This document shows, piece by piece, positions 12,901-27,900 of a DNA stretch of 64,000 bases. Within the stretch, counting starts at the first letter, position 1; every line of letters begins with the position of its first letter. Where the stretch lies: positions 27,589,504 to 27,653,503 of the forward strand of contig OZ037765.1 in assembly GCA_964035545.1 (NCBI GenBank), given 5' to 3'. Position numbers and translations under genes: made by a program. The DNA is from Bugula neritina. Taxonomy: Eukaryota > Animalia > Bryozoa. Under the pieces are notes generated by a model. It was not told the DNA's origin, did not search any database, and was given only the letters and a program-made list of their open reading frames with translations.

Positions 12901-15900
12901 GCTAAAGAATTAACTGGCACTCGGTTACAATAAAATTTAATACCCAAATTATCAAGATAATACTATTATATAAATTATATAATATAATATCATTATTGTT
13001 ACATACGCTTAGGATTATATTGCACTTTCATTTTGACTTTTCCGTCTCCTGACTGCCATGATTTCAAAACAGTTGAAGCCATCTCGTAACTGGCCGTCCT
13101 CATGTTGATACCACAAAACTAAGAGATACAAAACACGGGTAAGTTGTTGCAAGATTAACTTATAACCACAAAGTGACAAGTCATTCTACCAGCTGATAGA
13201 AGAACTTGACAACTTTTAAACAAACCAATACTTGGAATATTTAACAATATTTTGATGGAACTTAAACAATAGACTCATCCAGGCTGAAAGGAAATATATA
13301 TTATCATAATCATGATTTAGTATCTCACTATTCAGATAAATCTCAACACACTAATGACTTCGTGTCTCTATTTCAAGCTTAGAACAATACCTCTATTATC
13401 TGATCGCCTTTTTCAATTCCAACTTCTGCTGCCAAGCTCTTCGGGCTGACGGAAGTTATGAAAATGCCAGTTCCTGGCTGCTCGGTTATTGTGATGCCCA
13501 GATGTTCAAAAGACGTATCCAACTCTAGCTCTCTCAGCACTCCCTCCTTCAACCTACAAAACAATAACTTCAGGCTCATGCAAGTTGAAAAGACTTGAAA
13601 ACCATATCCATTCAATTGAAATCATTTCTCATAAAATGAAAACAAAAGCAAAAAAATCAAACAGAAAGAGGAAACACGTGATCAAATAGCTTTATGATAT
13701 ATTTTAAGCAATTTTCTGGTCACTTGCATGCATCTTGTATAACAATTAATTAAATAATATTGAAAATCAATGTATACACGCGTATCTCTAAGTCACTCAC
13801 TTTTTGTGACGAAGGTTCGTGCCTCTGCCATGAATAAATTCTTCAGATTTCCGATAGTAAAACTCTGGAGCCAAGGGAGAAGATAGTGGACTGCTTCTTC
13901 CGGACGATACTGAAGAAATTAGAGAACAACTCCAAACATTGCAAACTCATGTAATATTGTATTTCAGTTGTGAATAATTATCGACAACTTAGTTGATCTG
14001 CGGCTCCAAACATACCAACAATTACTACAAGACAGATAACCAACACCTCTGGAAACTGGGATGGCCTCTTTACAGTAGATATATAATGGAACTTGCTAGA
14101 AATTGATAATTATGAAACAGATTGCTTATTTTGTCATTTTGTCAATCCTTATTCATTGAGCACTCAAAATGCATTGAGTTTAAGATATACATTTATATAA
14201 TTTTTAGATTTATATACAAATATTTTATTAGAACGAAGAAAAATTTCTTTTCAATTTTTTAAAACTTCAAAACATAATTGTTGACGAAATTTATCAATAT
14301 TCTATATTATGTGAGTTGGGTGTAGTAGTAATGAGCTACAATTTCTTAGCTAAATGGTCTCCCGATACAACGTGCTGTTAAGTCAAGCTAACAAATGTTT
14401 TGATTTTTCTTCGACAGCAGAAACTATTGAGAGCACAACTCTACTACTACGCAATGTAAATACCAACGCACAAACTTCTAGACAACAGCACCTACCAATT
14501 TCTAATGAGTTAGAGTTGAGAGATCTCTTGTTGGATGAGACACTGTGATTGGAGGGAAACTTTACTCTGGCTGTAGAGTAGTCAGTGCTGGACGCAGGTC
14601 TAACCGGCACAGCGTGGTGTATCTGAGAACTGCCGGGAGCAAACTTCCTGTCTAGCGTGTGACTCTGAAATATCCACCATTAGCCGTGGTAGTACAGGCA
14701 TGTGTATATATGACAGAGTAGCTGAGATAAGCACTGTACTCAACAGTTTATAACTCAATCTGTATGCAACCTGGTCAAACAGTTTAAGCTCCCGGTAATG
14801 CAGTAGTTGAAGGTAAACATCATCATGAGTAAGAAAGGAGCATACCTGGTATGGAGCAATGGAGGAATCATTGCCATCTTTATGGTTGTATCTATCATTG
14901 GGCGACATGAAGAATGGAGAGCTGTACATCTTCTCAGAATATGGAGGCGGAGGAGAACAAGATGGCTGAAATATCTTGTGCGGATTAGACGGAGTGGAAA
15001 AGAACATTTGACTGCTGCTGCTACTTCTGCTGCCCGTGGTGGGCTGGCTGGCCACACTGCTTGGTCTGGTGCTGTCATTAAACCCAAAGTTGTGGGACAG
15101 CGGGCTAATAACAAAGCAACCCAGTATTAGTTGGTTTAAGTAGCTAACAGAGCCTACAACACCACATGACTGCCACAAATAGTTGTAATACATATATAGT
15201 TAAATACCTCTCAAGTGTAAACTGTCTATTCTTATGTAATGGTGAGGATGGCACCAGTCTGTTATTATCACTGGGAGTTATGGCACGCTGAAAATTAGTC
15301 GGCCTCCTTCGGTCTTTTCTCTCATCAGCTAAAAAATTACAAGATCTGATATTCTGACTGATGCAAACAAATGCAAGCAAAAGTGTAGATAACAAAAGGT
15401 ATATAAGTTATTATTAACTAAGAGTAGGCTGAGCTGCTACTTCAACTGTTCCATTACACTGGATACTTCGGTACTTCGGTCACATTGCAGTTGGATCTAG
15501 TATGATTATTCTTCTATTGCCACATGAACTGTTAGCAGTTGCAGTAGTAAACATAACATTGATATTAGTAATAGTTATAACAATTGTAATTATTGAATAT
15601 CTAGACATTTAAAAATTAAATTATAACATTAATATTTTAAAATTTAATTAAACGATACAAACAGTATTAAACTATTAATTATAATTATGAAGCTACAGGT
15701 AATACAACTACCATAATTGATAAACAATAAATAGTATGTATCATCAGTTTGTTATTTAATTATATCTAATAGCTGTCCAAAAAATCAAGTATCAAAAATA
15801 CCAACTAATCAAAACAAAAATAACATACACAGAGTTTACTAGTTTAATTAGTTTCAGTATTCTAAGTAGAAACAGCACAGAAAACCTTTTTCAAAAAACA

Positions 15901-18900
15901 ACAGAAAATGCGTTGATACGATATTTATTACCTGCAATTCGTTTGTTTAGCATATCTTGAACTTTCATGTCAAGCGATCGCACTTCTGCATTCGGGGGAT
16001 ACAGAGGATCGGGGTAGTCTCCCCTGCCACTAGCGTGACCTTCCAGAGAATTTGATTTCTTATCTTTAGGCACATGCATCCGTATCGACCTGCAATACTA
16101 CACTGATAAATTCTTGCCATAACAAGTTTACAAACCCCTGAGCTAATGGGAGAGCAAAAAATCTTTGAATAACAGTTTTAAAACCAGCCAATATCTTAAC
16201 ATCTCAAAATTTCATCACTTCAATAGTGATAGAAAAACACATTGAAACTGCAAACACAACATTATTAAAGTCAAACAGTTTGAACATCTATTGTGCAAGG
16301 AAGTAAAAGCTCCAGACCTACCCATTCTGGTTTGGCAGCGTTTGCACTTTAGGCTCATATATAGGAGCGTGACGGTCAAATAAAGTGGATGAGGTAACAC
16401 TAATTCTGTCTAGAGGACTCTGTGGAGAATATGATGTTGATGGATAATAGCCTGGGGTCCTTAGCTGTCGGTCCGTCTTAGAATCAACAGGGTCACCACT
16501 ATTATGCCTCTGAGGCTTAGTGGAATATATCTGTTGCATGCAGAAGTTGGAGTCATATTTTATACACATATTGAAAGATATGAAAGATATTGAAAGTACA
16601 TTATATACACTTGGTAGAAATTTGAGTTGGTTCTGAACACAATTCCATCTCAATCTGATAATTAAAAAATGAATCAATTTAAAACTGTGCAGTAAATAAC
16701 AGAATAATATACCATTTGCAGATGCTACTGATAAGCAGCCCATATCATACAACACAGTTGCAGAAATTTGCTAATAAAAACAAACCTTGTCGTGATCGAC
16801 TATGGAATTTGGTATAGTAGGCTTAGAGTGTGGTCTCTGTTTAAAGGTAACAGTGCCAAATGTGGATACATCCACTCCATCTGAACAGGGGGCAGAGGAT
16901 AGACTCCCCATGTCAACATCTCCAGCACCACGGTGCATTTTCTCTAGTATAGACATCACATGGTCTGTTTTTACCTTAAAAACCAACCAGTAAACTACAA
17001 CATCTGACATACAACTATTTATGTGTATACTTATTGCAATACTGCCAGGTTTCTTGACAGTCATGATGACTGGTTGTCAGGAGGTTTAAATACTCTGACA
17101 CGACAAGAAATATAGCAGGAAAAGAACGTACTATATGTGTAACCAATAATTTAGTTATAGATGTAAAAATTTTAACCTTGAAATTAATTGTCTATATTGC
17201 TCTCAAGATACATTTTGAGCACGAACAACCCAACAATACAAGAGTAATCTCATGAAATGCAACTTTAAAAATAGAATATTTTTAGTTAGGAAGTAAAAAG
17301 GTACAGGCATTAGATTATTTTCATGTTATTTAGCAAATTGTCAAATTGTTGAACAAAAGACAACATAAAAAGCAAACTTGTACATCGGTTCAAAAGAACT
17401 GTCAAAAATTTTGTAAAATCTAAAAGCAAATTATTTTGTCAGTCAAACTCTCAGTTTTCTCATCACTTTTTAAGAAAGACATTTCAAACCCAGCAAAGAT
17501 AAAGGGAGGTATAAGACCTTGTAATTTCTACAGTAAAGCCAGTGTCACATGCGTAAATTCAAAATATCTATGAATTAGACCTTTTACAGATGTATCAGTG
17601 AAATGAAATATGCATTAAGTGAAAAAATGGTTTTTTTGAACAGTCTTTTCCATAACACAGCTATACTTGACTATAATTGATAGTTTGCTAAAGAACTTGC
17701 TCTCATAAATTGTCTATATTTGGTATTACAACTTTAATTTGTATTTCATTATCTAATTTACTAACAGATTCCGTGCATTGTATGTACACAGTCTGTAACA
17801 CAAAGCAGACTGAGAAGTTAGTAGGAGTTAGAAGATGACATCATGCAGTGGGTAGCACTTGCACTAGCTAATACCCTGTGATAGCAAACAGAAAGTTGAA
17901 CAGTATAGCAGATGAAAAGCCTCCTAATCACCCCATTGACCTTTGACTAACAAGATTTAGATTAGAACATATCCCACCTTGCAACCTACACCTCACTTAA
18001 TTTATTACATCACGCAAGTCACTTTTACAAGTAAGATTTCTGCAAATGGAAATACTTTCGACTAGAAAATAAGATGCAGGCAAGTATCGGAGAAGAGTGT
18101 TGACAAAAAGAATATACTGTATAGTTTTAGCTGCCAGTAGGTGGTAGCAGGTGGCAGTCAACAGCAGGTGACAGCCAACAGCAGGTGATAGCAGGTGGTA
18201 AGAGATAGAATTAACTGACCATTTCAAAACAAATTTTACAATCAAAACCTACTTTAATCGTATCAGACTCATCCTTGTCATCAGAAGAGGAAGTGGTCTT
18301 GAACAGACTGAATATGCCATGCCTGCCCCCTGTTGAAGACTTGTGTCTCTTGCTAGTTGTGCCTAGGAAAAATAACCATAAATAAAAACTTTTGCCATCA
18401 AATCTTAAACTAATAAAAGTAAAATTAATCAATAAAAAGCCACCACAAAATAAATGTATGGGGTCCATAACAGCTTTAATACTAACTAGACATCTAGTGT
18501 GATATTTGAGCAAAACAGAGAAAGACCAGAGAAACAAACCATCACACACATGTCACGATTATTCCTTGCATTTGATAACAAAAACCACATGATTTGACAA
18601 TATTAAGACAGTGAAGCTTTTGTATAAAGTAACAACTGTGGCTGTATTTTGATTACACTATACAAAGGGCATTTCTGTCTTCTTTTGGATAAACATGCCA
18701 AATTCAAGCACAACAGATGAAATCCAAGCACTTATTGCATCAACCATCTTGTTACATACATAAAGCATAAGAGAGGAAGAAAGTAAGAGCACAGTGTGTA
18801 TAGTATACAGGCATATGTCTTCACATACCGGTACCAGTATCTGCTGACACATTGGGCTGATGCTGCTTGCTAGAAAGATTTTTATCACTGTTTCTAAATT

Positions 18901-21900
18901 TGTTCTTGACCTTTTCAATGAGGCTATTGCTGCCGTTGATGGATGGTGGTGAGTTGTTGTCTGCCGGCATCACTCCATACTTACCAACGTGTAGCACAAT
19001 ATAGTCCCCAGACCCCTCTATCATTTTCATTACCTCCTATTGTGTGAAGAAGTTGTTGATATAGTAACATGCTACAGAAATGCTAAACCCTAATCGTAAT
19101 ATATAGGTACATATATGTGTACAGTTACATTTGTTGGCAGCCTGAATATAGGTTAAACATCACTGAGTAGCATTGAACACTTTCCTTATATGCTTAAAAG
19201 TATAGATATAACTCAATACATGATTTTACAGAACATTTAATTCTCACCTAGAATACAACAATATTGCTGTTACAAGACGTTTGAGGTGATGAAAATAGCT
19301 CACATAATATTCTTTTTAAACACGAGGACATAGATATCACGCAAGAAATTATTTAGAAAACCTACTATTGCTACTATATAAATATTTTAGTTATTAGATT
19401 ATTGACTGTATGGTGTTTACTGGAAGAGATGAGAGAGTAATTAAAGAATAAGGGCAACTTTGGAATTAAAGTATTTTCACAAGGCATGAATGTTATTAAT
19501 ACATATAAAAATCATAAACTAACATCAAATGAAGTAGACTATCTTGCATTATCTTTAGTCTATAAAAAGACTGTTGAAACCAATTAAAATAATTAAGTTT
19601 ATTATCCAGTTTTCTCCCGATACCTTGGCAGTCTTGTGTTCCACGGACTTGTTGTTGACCAATAGCACTCTGTCACCAACAGCAACGTTTCCTTCCTTTG
19701 CCAAGTAAGAACCGGGTGAAATCTTGCTAATGTACACGCCGCTTTCCAGCTGCAGTCCTAGATCTAAAATATTTCATTTTCTAGAACATTAGGAAATTGG
19801 TCACATGCTGCAACACATAAAAAATTATAACTGTGTGGGAGTTCCAATCTTATTTAAGACACATGAACCCACTGACACCATAAAAACTGAATTAATATTT
19901 TTATTAGCGGCTGCTGGTTTCACTCAATGTCGCATTACTTGTTAAGTAGAAGAGCTGAAAGGTGTGAGCACAAGTACTGTAAACATAATTACTATTAGCT
20001 CTCATATTTCAGACCTTTCTTGTTGAGACGAAAAGCAACAGGAATGTTGAAACGCCCAATCGCCTTCTTGCGACGAACTTTCAGATTAACCACTGAAGAG
20101 GGGGAAGACTTGATAGCATCCAAGGCTCTCTCTTTAGAAGCACTGGTCATATCCACATTGTTCACTCTCAGGAGGACATCATTCACCCTGAAATACCAAC
20201 AGCCCTTATCTCATTCGCAATATTAAACCAACACCAACCCGTGAGAAAAATATAGTTCATTATTTGTCCGGATAATAATTAGTAATAAAATGTTCAACAT
20301 ACCTAAGTTTCCCATCACAGGGACTTCCTTTTGCTATGGAGTTGACGTAGAGAACGGGGTCCGAGAGATCTCCCCCACTGCAGGAGAGGTCTATGCCCAG
20401 GTCCATGTGGTACATGTTGTTAGATAGCTCCTACAGTTATCAAATATCAAAATGTAAGCAAAGAGTAGTGGATAGTTTCATGTAACTATTACTGTCAGTG
20501 CAAAGTAGCCTTTAACTATTACTGTCAGTACAGAGTAGCATGTTACTATTACTGTCAGTACAGAGTAGCAGTTAACTATTACTGTCAGTACAGAGTAGCA
20601 TGTTACTATTACTATCAGTGAAGGGTCACCTGTAGAAAGCAATGCATTTCATTGTTACTCCAACAAGACACATGAAGACTGACAACAGCTAACAAACCCT
20701 GACTAGAAAATGCAATGTATGTAATAGATTATAGAACATTCCAGACTACATGCATTCACTACTTGAAGATTACTTGAAGTCTTATTGCCACTTACTATAT
20801 GCTCGACTTACAGCATTGGTCACCTACTGTAATCACTACTTGCTATATACTTATTTATTATATATGACTCATATATTATATTACAGTCTATTTACTATAC
20901 GACTTTCCTCACAAGCTGCTACTCACTATATCATATTCTAGTGTTTCAGTGTCCCAGTCCTGGTAGTCATTGTCTATAGCTGAGTCTCTACTGTTACTTC
21001 CAGCTGTGAGATGATTTCGCCTCTCCTCCTTGTCTAACTTCTCCCTAATAATAAAACAACAATGACTAGGCTAAATAAACTGAGCATATCTACAGCAGTT
21101 AACCACAGACGACTTAAATCTAGTTCATTTTTATTCTAGATTCTATCCGACTAACAATATTAATATTTATCATGTTGACTACTTGTAAAATATACTTTTA
21201 GTATACTACAGCGGGATTAACTTTTTTAATCAAAAACTGACCTCATTTCAGTCAACTCTCGAGTGGTTACAGCCTTAAACTTTTTAAGATCATCTAAAGT
21301 ACGCAATTCCTCCGCATGATTGCTAACAGCTCGATCTCTTTCACGACGGAGCTCATCACATTGACGTCTAATACTCTCCCTTTCCTGTACAATCTTATCT
21401 CTTTCCTGGAAAGCCCAATCTCGTCTCAAAATGCAAACAGCTGCCTCATCTTTGGCCTCTGCAGAAAGAATGCACATGAAAAGGAACTCAAAGAGACAGC
21501 TTTCAAATTCAAAGTTATCTATAAACTGAACAGTGAACTTAATTTTAGTCATGAAAAATCCATTTAAAAGTTTCTGGATCTTTAGGTTGTATGCTAATGA
21601 TTCAGAAGAGTTTCAGAATAGAACTTGACTTTAAATATTCCAATTTAAGCTATATTTAGAAAGAACTGTTGGTACCTGTGAGGTAGAATAATATTAATAT
21701 GATATAAGATGACTATGACACTTGGCCAACAAACCTTTTAACTCTTGCTGGAGTAAACTGATTTCTTTCAGAAGGTTTTCCACTTCTTTGGATGAGTGGA
21801 CATCGGGAGGTGACTCTTTGGTGTCATAGCTCGGCACCAGAGGCCTCGGCTGCTCCTCATTCACCTCATTCCTGAAAAAATCCTCAATTTGTTTCACTTG

Positions 21901-24900
21901 CTGCAGCATCTGGTGCCTTTGATGACAAACTTGAGAAGTAAACTATCACTGAAGATATTCTTCTATTTCAATTGTCTAGTAGAGTTTAACAGCAGAGAAC
22001 ACTAGCTGCCGAGCATATCAGCAGCACTAGTTGACACGGAGAGCACAGTGTAACAGGTATCAAGTGAAGTACACATCCACAGCTGACAGCAGTCAAGTAA
22101 AATCTGCTTATTATGCATATAAACAGTGCGGAGTTAACTCATAACAAAAAGGTCAGATCCCAGCCCATTAGGTGGCAGGTAGATAATTATATGTTAGTGA
22201 TATTCACTGCCAATGCAGCAAGTACCAAGTATCACTAGGTTGACCTTTCAACCTCTTACTAACTGGTAAGTATACTCCTATAATGATTGTATTGATGCTT
22301 CACACAATAGTCTGTAAAACAGTGCAACAACCCACAGCAAGCCTGCAATTATTTTTTGTAAACAGTCCTTTTCAGTGCCGATATTTAATTTTAAAATTAC
22401 AAAACAAACTAAAGTAATAGAATATCACACAAAAAGCAAGTAAAATAAAGATCATAAAGTTCACCAATTCATACAAGTTATTAACAACTCGTAACAGTGG
22501 GCAGCTTTCTAGTCATACAAAAATTGCTAGTTGACAGAATACTACTGTTATTTCACAAACTATTCTAGTATGACCTTTTGTGATTTCCCTGTGTAGGTAC
22601 AACATTTCCAGAAATTATAATTTCCAAAATTTAGAATTTTCAAGCATATCAATTTATGATCATATGTTTTTGTAAAAGATATCTTTTGAATTTCGAATTA
22701 TTTCATATAGAGAATAAAAAGATTGATTGGTTTATTTGAGGGATACAAGAGTGGAAAATCTCCGATACTAGAAAATATAGGCAATGATGACATCATAGCT
22801 GACCAGGCATATAATAGTTATGGAATGACTGTCCCTATTATAAAAGCATAAATATGGAGGCAGGTGCAAAAAACCAGGTTTGTTGTACATGTAACTTATT
22901 ATTGCCATCTATTTTTATTGCATTAATTTTTTTTTAATAATTAAGCTTTGAAGAAAAAGTAAGTTTGAACCGTTTTCATAATATTCATAATATTCAATAT
23001 ATCTGCAATAACGAATTCAGATATGTTATGTTGCAAGAGTAAGTGTAGCTCAAAAGTCATATTGAGGAACTATTTTTAAACGTGGAAACAAAAAGAGTTG
23101 TGAAAAAGTTAGATTTTCTAATAGTGTAAATAAATTTCCAACATAATTAGGAATTCAAAAACTATTCAGAATGAGCATATAAATAAAAATGTATTGGCTA
23201 ATAGAAAAAAATCTTGGATTTTAAAATATAAGCCTACCATGTAATATTCTGTTTATTAATATTTACCACCTGTGGACTGAAAATAGCAATATTTGTCAAC
23301 AAATGATTAATAGAATATGAAAAAATGTGGTTTTATAGCCTATATTGAATGAATAATGCATGCACTTGTGAGAGGTCTTCAGTTGATAGAAAAGTTATCA
23401 GGGGAGGCAACTTTACCCTATCTTAAATGTAAATTAAAATTAAAAAATGGAAATCTTGATTAAACTCTATTGGTAATGAAATATATAAATTGGAATTTAA
23501 TTATAACTAAATAGATTTTAATGTGACAGATCTGATATTTTTGAAAGGCTCTAGTCTGCTCTCTGGTATATAAAAGGTAAAGGATGTAATAACTTTCTTT
23601 CAGCAAACTATTTTCAATAATGAAACATATTCATTTCAACAGGACTGCTTAGTTACTTACTTTCATCCAAATTATCAAATATATGTTAGCTATCTGTTAA
23701 ATATAGTTCCAAGGTTTCATGTAGGTTTCATAACAAATTTTTAGGCAAATTGTAGTCAATCAACTCAAATGAATTTCTGTAAACGACTAGAACAGCACAA
23801 CACCAAATCAAAGCTTTTTAATGCAGAAGCTTAGACTATATGTGATGAAAGTCTTACCTACTAACTATCTTATCCATCTTACCAAACCTTCACAACAAGC
23901 TTGTCATGCCTGACGGCAGCAAGCACAACATGTACCATAAAATCAATGCCGTTAGATATACAAGTTTGAGCTGTATTTGAGTTGCACCCAATATATTTCT
24001 GCAGATTAATAGTAAGTACATCAGGTTAATTAGGCAGACCTGCTTTGAATCACTACAAGCTTGCTGTAATAAGTTGTGATTCAGAATACGAATAAATAAT
24101 ATATCACTGTTGCTATTAATGCTATAGTTGTTGTTTGTACAATGATATTCACTGTATTTAACTCAACAGTAAGTTTACTGGTTGTGATACACAGGTGTGG
24201 GTACACTACCTGTCTGGTCTGGAGGTGTCCAGGAGACGGTTCTTCAGCGCCATTCTCAGTCGACTATGGTCTAGAGAAGAATCGTTCAGAATGTCTGCGA
24301 TGTGCTTTTGGGCCTGATCCCTGTCTCGGAGAGCAGCCTGCAACTCTTGCTTGTAGGTGACCACTTTATCATTCATCTGCTTCCTCTCATGCTCCAGCTG
24401 ACTCACCTGAAATGGTAGCTGCCGAATTGGATTTAAAGCTTTGTAGATTTGAAGCAGCTTTGAATCAGTGTAATACCAACTCAGTGTAATACCAACTCTG
24501 TATAATACTAACTCTGTGTAATACTAACTCTGTGTAATACTAACTCTGTGTAATACTAACTCTGTATAATACTAACTCTGTATAATACTAACTCTGTGTA
24601 ATACTAACTCTGTATAATACTAACTCTGTATAATACTAACTCTGTGTAATACTAACTCTGTGTAACACTAACTCTGTATAATACTAACTCTGTATAATAC
24701 TAACTCTGTATAATACTAACTCTGTATAATACTAACTCTGTATAATACTAACTCTGTATAATACTAACTCTGTATAATACTAACTAGAGCATCTAGTAAA
24801 AACCATTTGTTAACAGAAAGATTACATACGCAGAGTTTAAAGTTATAGGTAAATGGTACTGGTTAGAATACGTTCTACCAGATTGGTATATATGAGTGTA

Positions 24901-27900
24901 TAAAGTAGCAGATCATTACATCAGAGTGCTAAGCTTATAGAAACTCAACAGTCTATATACTGTAAATCTTGTATATATAGAATAACATCTTTCAGCTTTA
25001 ATAATTCTGTCACATAGTGGTTACAGAAGCCCATATTTATTGCAGTTAAAAGGGTAGTTCTATTATTTTGCATCTTCTTATGATGTTGGTGGCACTTCAG
25101 ATAATTACGTATTTATTTCAGTGGAAGTGAAGTTTGCCAGTGCTTTAGTCAAGGCCATGTCGTCAAAAAGTCAGTCTGTTGAAAGGGTTTTGTGATTTGC
25201 ACTAGATACGGATACGTGTATAATATGGTAACACGAGCACTAGTTTGGTCTTCACCAGGTAGCCATACATTATGATGGTAAGGGTGTGAATATATATCAA
25301 ATGAGTGCATCAGTGAACTAAGCACCAGGTACTGGTGGTGTTATTATAACAACACAAGTAACCCGTAATAGCCTCATACTCGTACTAACAATAGCATAAC
25401 ACAATGAGCCATAATGATGATGGTACTTCATCAGCTGCTTATTCTAGCAATAACAACAATAAATAATAATTATACTAGACTGTAATACACAGATCTGAAG
25501 TAGAGTTGTTATTACAGATAATCTATCCGCATTGTGTTATTTTCACCTGACTGCAGGGTGAGTAGTGAAATGGAGGTATAATGATGTTGTCATACAAAGG
25601 TTACATATTATTTATATCACAGTAGTACTAATGTGCTGAGAACTGTGCCAATAACATCCTACCTCCATCTACTCAACTTTATATCCTATGAAACAATGCT
25701 ATCATAATAATTGAAAAACAAAACATGAACAAGCTTATGAAATAAGATTTAAACTGCAAGTAAGTGTTTACCTTGCTATCAGCTTTAGCTATTCTATCAT
25801 TTAGCATGTCTATCTCTTTATGCACTCCATCTCTTTCCGACATTACAAGGTGGTGATTTTTGGCCAATTCGTCTTTTTCTCTGCACAGCAATGCATAATC
25901 ATGATCCTTCACACTTCTTAAATTCAACAACTCATTTGAAAGCTGCAAGAAGAAAGTGTATGATTGGTCAACACCAGCATCACAGCCTACTGCCAGTATT
26001 AGTTATTATGCAACTACTTGAGGGCAGGCTGACTGGAGAGTGAGAAAACGGAATGCTCCAGCCTGAGCATTCCCCTAAACAGACCTTTCAACAGCCAGCA
26101 CAATAAATCATTTACTATACAATACCAAGAGTAGTCTGTATATTATATGAGTCTATCTTATAGAGCAGACTTGGGCTATTCAGAATCTAGTCAGGCAGGT
26201 AAACTCTGCAAGTAAACCAGGCAGGTGAACTTGTAGGGTCTTCTTCTAAGCCAGTAGTGATACAGGAGTTATTGGTCATTCACCTGTCCAGGTACCAACT
26301 GGCCTGCTGTACTTTGATGACATCATATGATCACCACAAGGCAGTGACCAAAGTCTCAAGTCATCAACACTGAGTGTGGTAGTGGACAGCACACATTACA
26401 AGGTTACAAGGTCAACACGCAACCATGCCTTGGAAAATGGCTAATAATCTCTATTAGGTGTTCAATGTCCTGGGCGAATCAAAATACTCTTCATTGAAAA
26501 TTATTAGAAAGTACAAGTCCGGTTGTTGAAAATTGGAACTAAAATTACAATTGAAGAGGCTGCTAAGTCCCTTCTAGCTAATCTCATCTAAAAAGGTGGG
26601 CTATTGACATTTACATTGCAACAATCGACTAACGGTAAGTAATATGTTGAACAAAACCTTTCGCAGGGTAAGCTTAGCTAGGATTAGCTGCACTAAGACC
26701 AAGCACTGATTATTATACACGGTAAACGTTAGTAGATAGATCTGGAAACCAGTAATAACCTGGTAAAACCTTGTTAAAGCAGAAAATTAACTGCCGCCGT
26801 AGTAACAATATTATAAAACTAGTTTATTCTCAAATTGCTTTAATATAGAAGTCGAGGGAATAGCGTAGCCCTGCTCATCCAACCCTGTTGCTAGCTACAA
26901 CTTGGTTTAATCCCAATTTACGTAGACTCAAACGAACAGGAAATGAGAGTTTACCCTCACTGCTTCCTTTCCAGCGCAGGCCCAAGTGACACTAAGGTTA
27001 CACACCCACCTAATTACACTTAACACGGTGCAAGACAAATTGCCAATGGAAGGCAATTGCTAAATTTTCACATTAGTAAAGGAAATACGTAGTGTAGACT
27101 ATTAAGTACTAGATTGACAATTTTCCAACAGAGTAGCTACAGATACTGGCAACACTCAACATACACGTATGTATGTCATCTTCACATGACCAGCCTATAT
27201 TACTTCATCATTTGAGAATCAATCAAACTACCCTGGATAATCAGTTGCTCCCACCACCACTACCATCCATCACCATCCACCACACAAGTCACTACATCTA
27301 ACAACTAATGAGTTCCGTTCAGTTGGGTGTGGAAGTAGATTCTAGCTAAGCTTGAAGTTCCAGTTTCTGGTCTGTTGCTTGGCTTGGAAAATTTTTTTTT
27401 CATAGTAGGGCAGTTTTTCAGACAACTAAGTTCTGTTAGAACTAGGGGGTACTATAAGCCAGCACCTATCTAGATCAGTAGAACTGACTGAATACTTCTA
27501 TGGGCCTCAATTTACTTTCTAGCAGCTGCGCAAAGCCACATATCACATAGAAAAGTGTGAATAGTACATCGATTTGAATTTCAGATAAAAACTAAATATG
27601 GCAAGCTAAAAACTAGAAGTAAACTTTTTGCTTTGTTTTACACTTTAGGGCTTATAAGAGCTATATTTTAGTTTACCTGATAATGAACAAGTAGAAAATT
27701 ATTTAACCTTGGGTTAAAGATTATTATAAGGTTTGTAATAAGACACAGCTTGATATTGTATACTATATACATTATATACTTGCCTTCTCATTTTCCAGCT
27801 TCATTGCTTTGTTCATTTTTTCAAGTTCTTGATTCTCGTTGCTGAGTAGTTGCCAGTTCTGTGTAACAGATTGCCACTTCTGTGTGACAGCTGTGCATTG

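Noticed and set aside
11422-20226. Plus-strand ORFs overlapping DLG5 exons (11422, 12329, 14807, 16802, 20020); similarly 57391/57398 and 61964/61980 over the zinc-finger gene
   Set aside because: Antisense shadows of real coding exons, with no independent gene structure.
26780-27060. Relatively GC-rich intronic block in DLG5 (possible enhancer or ncRNA)
   Set aside because: No recognisable RNA motif, ORF or repeat boundary; it cannot be supported without conservation data.
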